A DNA stretch of 43,951 nt from a virus, in the IMG/VR virus record IMGVR_UViG_2799112916_000001, positions 1 to 43,951 of that record; one strand, 5' to 3'. Both the position numbers and the translations under genes were made by a program. Below, piece after piece: positions 38,418 to 43,951 of this stretch (the first letter of the stretch is position 1; every line of letters begins with the position of its first letter). Under the pieces are notes generated by a model. It made no database searches, was not told where the DNA came from, and worked only from the letters and a program-made list of their open reading frames with translations.

Positions 38418-38795
38418 GGTTAATCACTTTGTTTTAGTTTTTTTTCATAAAAAAAATTAGTTGTAAAGTGTTATGGAGAGGATTTGCACCCCCTCAGCCT
38501 ATTTATAACACCAAATATGAAATTCTTAGATGCAATACGTTTTTTTTAATCGAAATTAAAGAATACAACATTTTTTTGGTGTTATGGTTCGCCCATAACA
38601 TCTTGATATATGAAAAAGGGAGTAATGGAGTAAAAAAAAGAAAATGTGGAAGTAAAAATTTGTATATGAAATTCGAAAAAGCAAAGTTTTTTGATGAAAG
38701 TACCTGGAAACGAAAAATCTCTTTTTTTTACTCTCTTGACTCCTTTTTTCATCTCTAATTGAGGTAATCAAATGATAAGAATAAAAAACTAGTAT

Positions 38796-38996
38796 TTATA
38801 TGATGAGTAATCCATATGGTAAGTCGAATTTGATTCCGGCGCTATAGTTGTAACTAGCACGGGTGATTAAACCACACTTTGTACAGTATTCATAGCTGCG
38901 GTCTTCACTACGGACTATTGTTAATGTCTTGCATTCGGGACATTTGTCAGTATTTTCGACTTCTTCTATTTCATCTTCAGGAATTTCATCACACAT
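38796..38996 (-). CDS. Stand-alone TFIIB/TFB-type zinc ribbon protein
   Basis: CPECKTLTIVRSEDRSYEYCTKCGLI matches the TFB ribbon pattern CPxC-x(17)-CxxCGL. Confidence 0.7.
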   Translation of the reverse strand: MCDEIPEDEIEEVENTDKCPECKTLTIVRSEDRSYEYCTKCGLITRASYNYSAGIKFDLPYGLLII

Positions 38997-39195
38997 ACTA
39001 ATAATCTCTTATATTAGTAAGTTACATCGTCCTGGAAAGATTAATCTGACTTTATAATCTTTTCCAGTCTTGACTAGTCAATACCCTAAAAAAATAAGTA
39101 ATATATTTATACTAGTACATATAGATTACATATCAGTATAAAACTTTTTTTGATTCTTTTTTTATAAAAAAAAGAATAAGATGACAAAAAGAGTT

Positions 39196-39540
39196 TTAGT
39201 CATAGTAAGCAGGCTCCCACTCAAAAAACCAGAAAAAATTCTTACCAATAACTATCTCATGCACACTACCATCCAACAAACTAAAAATCAATTTATCCGA
39301 ATAAACTTCCACTTTAACAAGACTATTCAACGGGAACGTGAAATCCTTTCTTTTACGACCTCCCTTAATATCTTCCCATTCATTATTAGAAACAGTTAAA
39401 TCCGCAAGAAAAACCACATTGCGTTGACTAAAGAATTCTGCTAAAGCATCCAGTAAACTATCCACTTCCTCATTTTTTTCACGATTTTGGTCCACCATGC
39501 ACATAGGTGGTTTTAAAGTAATATTATCTGCTCTAATCAT
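39196..39540 (-). CDS. Hypothetical protein
   Basis: 114-aa ORF coupled to the upstream gene. Confidence 0.55.
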   Translation of the reverse strand: MIRADNITLKPPMCMVDQNREKNEEVDSLLDALAEFFSQRNVVFLADLTVSNNEWEDIKGGRKRKDFTFPLNSLVKVEVYSDKLIFSLLDGSVHEIVIGKNFFWFFEWEPAYYD

Positions 39541-40010
39541 CGTTTACCCTCTCTTATTAAAACATCATGCGCATCTTTACTGGTTTGACGAGGTACAATT
39601 GGAACACGCTGCATGAATTTCAAAGCTAATCTGCATAAAATGTTCTCAAAGATTTGGTCTGTTAACTTATATTTTTTAGTGATCCTGTAATTGGATAACT
39701 TGATTCTTGGAGTTTCTAATTTTTTCACAAAGAATATGAAAGCAAGTATAATGCATTCTTCACTTGCTTGACGGTGCAGGTTCTGGAAATCAGAATTGAA
39801 ATCATCTATTAAATCTCTTACTAATTGTTTCTGATTTGGAGTTAGCACTAATATCTTTGCTTCCAGTAACAGTTCATCTAGTATTAAGTGTCGGTTTTTC
39901 CTTTTGCTTTCAATGTTAATCTTGTTTTTTGTATCATTGCTTCTTTTTTCACCTTTCACATAGGGTTGTTTATATAAATCTAATAAGAAATCAATGTCTC
40001 TTTCACTCAT
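39537..40010 (-). CDS. Helical protein resembling a single TFB cyclin-like repeat
   Basis: NLHRQASEECIILAFIFFVKK resembles the TFB core LxRGRSxExxxAAxxYxxxR; all-alpha character. Confidence 0.4.
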   Translation of the reverse strand: MSERDIDFLLDLYKQPYVKGEKRSNDTKNKINIESKRKNRHLILDELLLEAKILVLTPNQKQLVRDLIDDFNSDFQNLHRQASEECIILAFIFFVKKLETPRIKLSNYRITKKYKLTDQIFENILCRLALKFMQRVPIVPRQTSKDAHDVLIREGKR

Positions 40011-40016
40011 AGGGTA

Positions 40017-40631
40017 TCACCTGATTTGTTCTATTTTCCCGTCTGTGTTTACTGTGTATAGTTCGAAGTCATCATTGCATAGGATGTTGTGTGCTGCGCA
40101 TGCTCTGATTGCGGTTGCTACAATGTATCCTTTTGATGTTATGTAGTCATCTTGATTGGTTGTGTATAGGCTGCCTAATGCAATATCTCTTGGTGCTCCA
40201 ATAGCATAATATGGGGTTGTGATTTCGAAGATTCCAAGGTTGTATTCTACTTTGAATAACTGGTTTTTATATGCTAGGAGTAGTTCCCATTCCACACCTG
40301 TTTGTCCATTATTATAGCTTCGGATGAACTGGTATTCTTGCAGATAGGAATTTAATGAAGGAACAAATTTATCATATAAATATTCTATAAAAGATTCATT
40401 GGAATTTTTAAGTGGTACGGTGAATGTTTTAAGTAATTCAAATAAGGTGTATAATCCGCTGAATGCTATTAAGAATTTTTCATGTTTTATTGTATGGGAA
40501 TTTTCAATGGTCAAATCTTTTATTAGTATTTTTGATGATTCTTCTGAGACTATTGTATCGTCTTCAATTACTCTTTTATCCGCACCTATGATGATATGTT
40601 CATCTGTTTTCACGGCCACTATTACTGTCAT
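40017..40631 (-). CDS. Ntn-hydrolase, proteasome-beta/HslV-like
   Basis: N-terminal M-T, IIGADKR, downstream Lys (SSK), IAFSG, YYAIGA...IALGSL. Confidence 0.7.
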   Translation of the reverse strand: MTVIVAVKTDEHIIIGADKRVIEDDTIVSEESSKILIKDLTIENSHTIKHEKFLIAFSGLYTLFELLKTFTVPLKNSNESFIEYLYDKFVPSLNSYLQEYQFIRSYNNGQTGVEWELLLAYKNQLFKVEYNLGIFEITTPYYAIGAPRDIALGSLYTTNQDDYITSKGYIVATAIRACAAHNILCNDDFELYTVNTDGKIEQIR

Positions 40632-40644
40632 AGTATCCCCCCCA

Positions 40645-40938
40645 TTAGTCTTTGATGTTTAGTTGAGTTCGTATTTGACTGTTTAATCTGTGCATTGTTT
40701 CAATAGCTAATTGGTGGCATGCTTCTTCTTTGAATACTTCATTTGGATAGAATTTAACAAATGGAGCACCTTGGAATATTAGTGTAGGGTAATCTGCTGT
40801 TGTAGATAATTCGATTTTCAAGTCTTCGTATATTTGGCGTATTAATTTTTCTCCATCTACATTAAGTGTTACGGTGTCTTTTGTTATTTTTTCTATGTCT
40901 ATGCATTCTTTTATTTTAACTGAATCAAGGTATACCAT
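40645..40938 (-). CDS. Hypothetical protein
   Basis: 97-aa ORF in a tightly packed operon. Confidence 0.55.
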   Translation of the reverse strand: MVYLDSVKIKECIDIEKITKDTVTLNVDGEKLIRQIYEDLKIELSTTADYPTLIFQGAPFVKFYPNEVFKEEACHQLAIETMHRLNSQIRTQLNIKD

Positions 40939-40939
40939 T

Positions 40940-41116
40940 CTATAACTCTCCTATGCATCTTCTTTTAGCTTTTACTCCTAATTTAACATAATCTGTTTCA
41001 TCAGGGTTTTCTGCTATTACTTCATTAATTATTCTTTCAATTTCTTTCTTGTCCGCACAACGGTAACTGTCCCAGCATGTGCGGACATACCAATGTACTT
41101 TTTCATGCAATGTCAT
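40940..41116 (-). CDS. Hypothetical 58-aa protein (MTLHEKVHWYVRTCW...)
   Basis: Hand-translated; exactly fills the gap between neighbours with an overlapping start. Confidence 0.5.
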   Translation of the reverse strand: MTLHEKVHWYVRTCWDSYRCADKKEIERIINEVIAENPDETDYVKLGVKAKRRCIGEL

Positions 41117-41429
41117 CAACTACTTTAAATTGAATATAATAAATTCGTGTGAGATTATCTAAAGTCGGATAGATGTCTAATAGTTCTGATTTTAATTTTT
41201 TAACAGATGTGTATCCTTCTCTTTTCGCATCTTCATCATTCACATATTTGAATTGCTTATAACCGGAGTGGGTTATTTGGATAAAGCATTCATTTTCACT
41301 TCCTGGGAAGATTGCTTTTACTATTTCACCATCTTTGAATTTTTTATTATGTTTTCTGATGGTCTGTGTTTTTACTCCAGATATGATATCTGCGTAGTAT
41401 TTTTTGTTGAATTTCAGTAATTCGTACAT
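41103..41429 (-). CDS. ASCH domain protein
   Basis: IISGVKTQTIR (GxKxxxxR) and DAKREGY motifs. Confidence 0.85.
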   Translation of the reverse strand: MYELLKFNKKYYADIISGVKTQTIRKHNKKFKDGEIVKAIFPGSENECFIQITHSGYKQFKYVNDEDAKREGYTSVKKLKSELLDIYPTLDNLTRIYYIQFKVVDDIA

Positions 41430-41432
41430 TGT

Positions 41433-41657
41433 TTATTGTCTCCTTTTTTCATAGTATTGGCATGCAGCGTCATTGAATTTTATTTTTAATATTGGTACTT
41501 CATGTTTTGTTTTTTCTGCTGAGTCTGGTTGTGGTTCAGATTCCTCTGGTTGTGGTGGGAATAGTTCATCTGCTTTATTGCAGTAATGATAAAAATATCC
41601 ATCATTGGTTGTTTCGCTTCTCATGAAGTGTTTGCATTTTCCACAAATATTAACCAT
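41433..41657 (-). CDS. Small Cys-rich protein
   Basis: CGKCKHF...YCNK...ACQYY. Confidence 0.55.
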   Translation of the reverse strand: MVNICGKCKHFMRSETTNDGYFYHYCNKADELFPPQPEESEPQPDSAEKTKHEVPILKIKFNDAACQYYEKRRQ

Positions 41658-41659
41658 TA

Positions 41660-41911
41660 TTATTCACCTTCTATTTCTTTTAATTTTATAGATAAGTTGT
41701 AATGTTTTCCACCTTGATAATTTAAAAAGAATACTCCTCCGATAGTATGCTCTCCATTTTCAAAGGTATTATCAACTAATTCTTTGAAATTATTACTTCT
41801 TAATTCTCTTATTTCGTTAAGATGATTTTCATTTACTCCATCGACTCTTAATGCAAAATAATCAATGAATACTTGGGTTAGCATTTCTTTTGCTTCTTTT
41901 TCATTCATCAT
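41660..41911 (-). CDS. Hypothetical protein
   Basis: 83-aa coupled ORF. Confidence 0.55.
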   Translation of the reverse strand: MMNEKEAKEMLTQVFIDYFALRVDGVNENHLNEIRELRSNNFKELVDNTFENGEHTIGGVFFLNYQGGKHYNLSIKLKEIEGE

Positions 41912-42410
41912 ATCTTACCCTCATTTCATCTTCGTATATTTTTTTCAAATGACCGCAGTAGTCAATTGCTTTAACCATGTCTTCTGAAGCATTATGTTTA
42001 TGCCCCGCTCTTGTAACATATTTGATTATGTTTCCTTTGATGAATCCTATTGTTTCTTCACGTGATAGTAATCCTTTTTTGAATGCTTCCAATGGACTTA
42101 ATCCATTGCCTGCATAATAGTCCGGTTCAGCTAATCTTTTAGTTGGTTCATTTTTATGTTTTTCTTCAAGTTCTCTAATATTCATTGGTATGTCTTCCAT
42201 ATTATCCGCTCCTTTGCTAATACTTTTTATTAAATCTTGTTGATATTGCTCTAATTCTTTATCAGAAACTCCTAAACTAATAGAACCATCAGGTGATGAA
42301 TGCATCTCTTTTATTAACTTCTGTTTAAACTGCTCCAATTCATCTCCAACTAATGGTACTGGTATACATCTTCCGTTATAAAAAGACTGCTCAGGCATTT
42401 CAAATCCCAT
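41901..42410 (-). CDS. DUF3310 family protein (T7 gp1.7-like nucleotide kinase domain) with N-terminal extension
   Basis: PDYY...GFIKGNIIKYVTRAGHK...EDMVKAIDY. Confidence 0.8.
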   Translation of the reverse strand: MGFEMPEQSFYNGRCIPVPLVGDELEQFKQKLIKEMHSSPDGSISLGVSDKELEQYQQDLIKSISKGADNMEDIPMNIRELEEKHKNEPTKRLAEPDYYAGNGLSPLEAFKKGLLSREETIGFIKGNIIKYVTRAGHKHNASEDMVKAIDYCGHLKKIYEDEMRVRYDE

Positions 42411-42412
42411 TT

Positions 42413-42694
42413 TTAGATCACTCCTAAATTAATAACATCTTCAGCATTAATCACAGCATATTCCACAATATTTTCATAACTAATGAAAACATGACAATTT
42501 TTCTCTTGAGCAATATGCAGCATATCTTTACGGAATTCAATTAACTGCAAATGTTTTAAATAAAAAAGAGTATTGGTATCCTTGTAATCTAATTGTAAAC
42601 TTAAAACATAATTCTCAATATCGGATAATCCTCCAATAATTTCTTTAATTTCATCTCCAATGCTTGGAGAATCAATACAAGTTTTCACTTCCAT
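42413..42694 (-). CDS. Hypothetical protein
   Basis: 93-aa ORF. Confidence 0.55.
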   Translation of the reverse strand: MEVKTCIDSPSIGDEIKEIIGGLSDIENYVLSLQLDYKDTNTLFYLKHLQLIEFRKDMLHIAQEKNCHVFISYENIVEYAVINAEDVINLGVI

Positions 42695-42697
42695 TTT

Positions 42698-43366
42698 TCA
42701 TTCTCTCCTTTTTCCTTTAATGGACCTCATAACAATACCTGCTGTTTTACTTCCTATCCCTTTTATTTCCTGTAGACTGTTATTATCTAACTCCAGTAAA
42801 TCTGTTAAAGAGTATAAATCTTTGTTTTCAACGATTAATTCTGCGGTATCATCGCCAATGTGTTTAACCAATGCTAACCAGTTGAAAGCAGGGTTGTCTG
42901 TTTTCTGTTTTAATCTTTTTATGACTTTTTTGTTGTCTAAGCATTTTCTTGCTTGTTGTCTCATGAATCGTATTGCTCTTTCTTCAGTTGAACATTCCTT
43001 AACAGTTGTAAATGTGTTCAATCGAGCAATAGCTCCGTCATAATTATCCCATCCGAATACATATGCTTCTTCATCGAATCCATCAAGATATTCTTCTTTT
43101 TCTTTGTCGCTTGCAACAATTATCACAAAATGATATGAATATTGAGCGGATTGGTCTATCGCTTGGTTAAAGACTCTTCCGGATTCAACGCTTTGGATGA
43201 AGTCGTTCATTGTTTTATACTCAAAGGCCACTTGGTTGTTGAAAACATAGTCTCCTACTAATAGTTCTTTGACTTTTACATCGTCTCCTTTGCTTTTGTA
43301 ATAGTATGCTGCTTCTTGTATTCTTTCATCGTTTTCTCGATGATCTATTTCTATTTGGAATTTCAT
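42698..43366 (-). CDS. Short-form ERCC4/XPF nuclease with tandem HhH
   Basis: IDHRE, GDY, EYKTMNDFIQSVESGRVFNQ; HhH motifs HIGDDTA and IKGIGSKTA. Confidence 0.85.
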   Translation of the reverse strand: MKFQIEIDHRENDERIQEAAYYYKSKGDDVKVKELLVGDYVFNNQVAFEYKTMNDFIQSVESGRVFNQAIDQSAQYSYHFVIIVASDKEKEEYLDGFDEEAYVFGWDNYDGAIARLNTFTTVKECSTEERAIRFMRQQARKCLDNKKVIKRLKQKTDNPAFNWLALVKHIGDDTAELIVENKDLYSLTDLLELDNNSLQEIKGIGSKTAGIVMRSIKGKRRE

Positions 43367-43523
43367 TGTCTTTGCTCCAGTCATATTCGGATAGGTATTT
43401 GCATATGTAATAGTTGTTTATTGCTTTTTGTAGTTGGTTTTGGAATACTTCAAAGGCGAATGCAACGCCAATGAAGATTCCACAAGCTAATACAAATATA
43501 TAGTTTATTAAAATGGTTAACAT
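43326..43523 (-). CDS. Small membrane protein
   Basis: Hydrophobic N-terminal helix. Confidence 0.5.
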   Translation of the reverse strand: MLTILINYIFVLACGIFIGVAFAFEVFQNQLQKAINNYYICKYLSEYDWSKDNEIPNRNRSSRKR

Positions 43524-43525
43524 AA

Positions 43526-43951
43526 TTAATCTTGCTCCAATCTAGGTGCGAGAAGATATTTTACTCTACCGTCACCTGTTGGTAGTTCGAATGTTACAAC
43601 AATAGGCATGTCATTTCCTAAACCTATCTTGCATTCTTTACTGAATTTACTGGCCTTGAAAATGTCTTTTAATTTGTCAATGTTGTATACTGATTGTGCA
43701 ACTTCAAGAATGTTTTCTCCGTGCAAGTATTTTATATCAACATCTCCAAATTCTCCGTCGGATATGATTTTGAGATAGTTTTCATCTATGAGCAGTCGTA
43801 GTTTATCGCTGAATATTAACATGTCATTTAATGCGTCTTGCATCATAGTGGAAGGTACTTTTATATTGATGTTATGATTAATATTTGGAGGGACTTGTGT
43901 CTCATACTCTGTATCTATTACACGGATTTTAAATCTCCTTGTAGCATCACC
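43526..43951 (-). CDS. pcn: PCNA sliding clamp (5' end outside window)
   Basis: Frame open to the window end: GDATRRFKIRVIDTEYE...FSDKL...DGEFGD...KYLHGE...LGNDMP...KYLLAPRLE. Confidence 0.9.
   Translation of the reverse strand, partial: GDATRRFKIRVIDTEYETQVPPNINHNINIKVPSTMMQDALNDMLIFSDKLRLLIDENYLKIISDGEFGDVDIKYLHGENILEVAQSVYNIDKLKDIFKASKFSKECKIGLGNDMPIVVTFELPTGDGRVKYLLAPRLEQD

Noticed and set aside
38468-38511. tRNA gene
   Set aside because: Only acceptor-like and T-arm-like parts are present; no D arm or anticodon arm.
8578-43043. Numerous short plus-strand ORFs antisense to the structural and replication genes (also 38468-38758 and minus-strand 4893-5117, 5124-5387)
   Set aside because: They lie opposite well-supported genes, lack RBS or recognisable motifs, and look like shadow ORFs.
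1-43951. Integrase, att sites or host-virus boundary
   Set aside because: No integrase, recombinase or host housekeeping block seen; provirus versus free virus cannot be decided from this window.

Overview
This window is part of a tailed archaeal virus (Caudoviricetes, contractile tail) genome or provirus, almost entirely encoded on the minus strand. The host is most likely a pseudomurein-walled methanogen (Methanobacteriales, Methanobrevibacter-like). That is inferred from a Methanobrevibacter-type PCNA, a Cys-His-Asp pseudomurein-peptidase-like tail domain, adhesin-type domains and GGTGA/GGAGG ribosome-binding sites. From right to left the order is: replication and accessory genes (PCNA, ERCC4/XPF nuclease, DUF3310, ASCH, Ntn-hydrolase, TFB-like modules), putative lysis membrane proteins, ParB-like protein and C5 methyltransferase, terminase, portal, head, neck, sheath, tube, tape measure, baseplate and tail fibres. 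The standout is at 1-6657. An adhesin/tail-tip gene (6657->5287) has its last 159 codons bounded by the site GTAAAAGA. It faces an inverted array of at least 12 start-less alternative C-terminal domain cassettes (11 complete, 1 cut by the window edge). Every complete cassette begins in frame with GTA AAA GAT A. This has the architecture of a shufflon-like multiple-inversion receptor-switching system in an archaeal virus. The recombinase is not in the window and is predicted to lie to the left of position 1.
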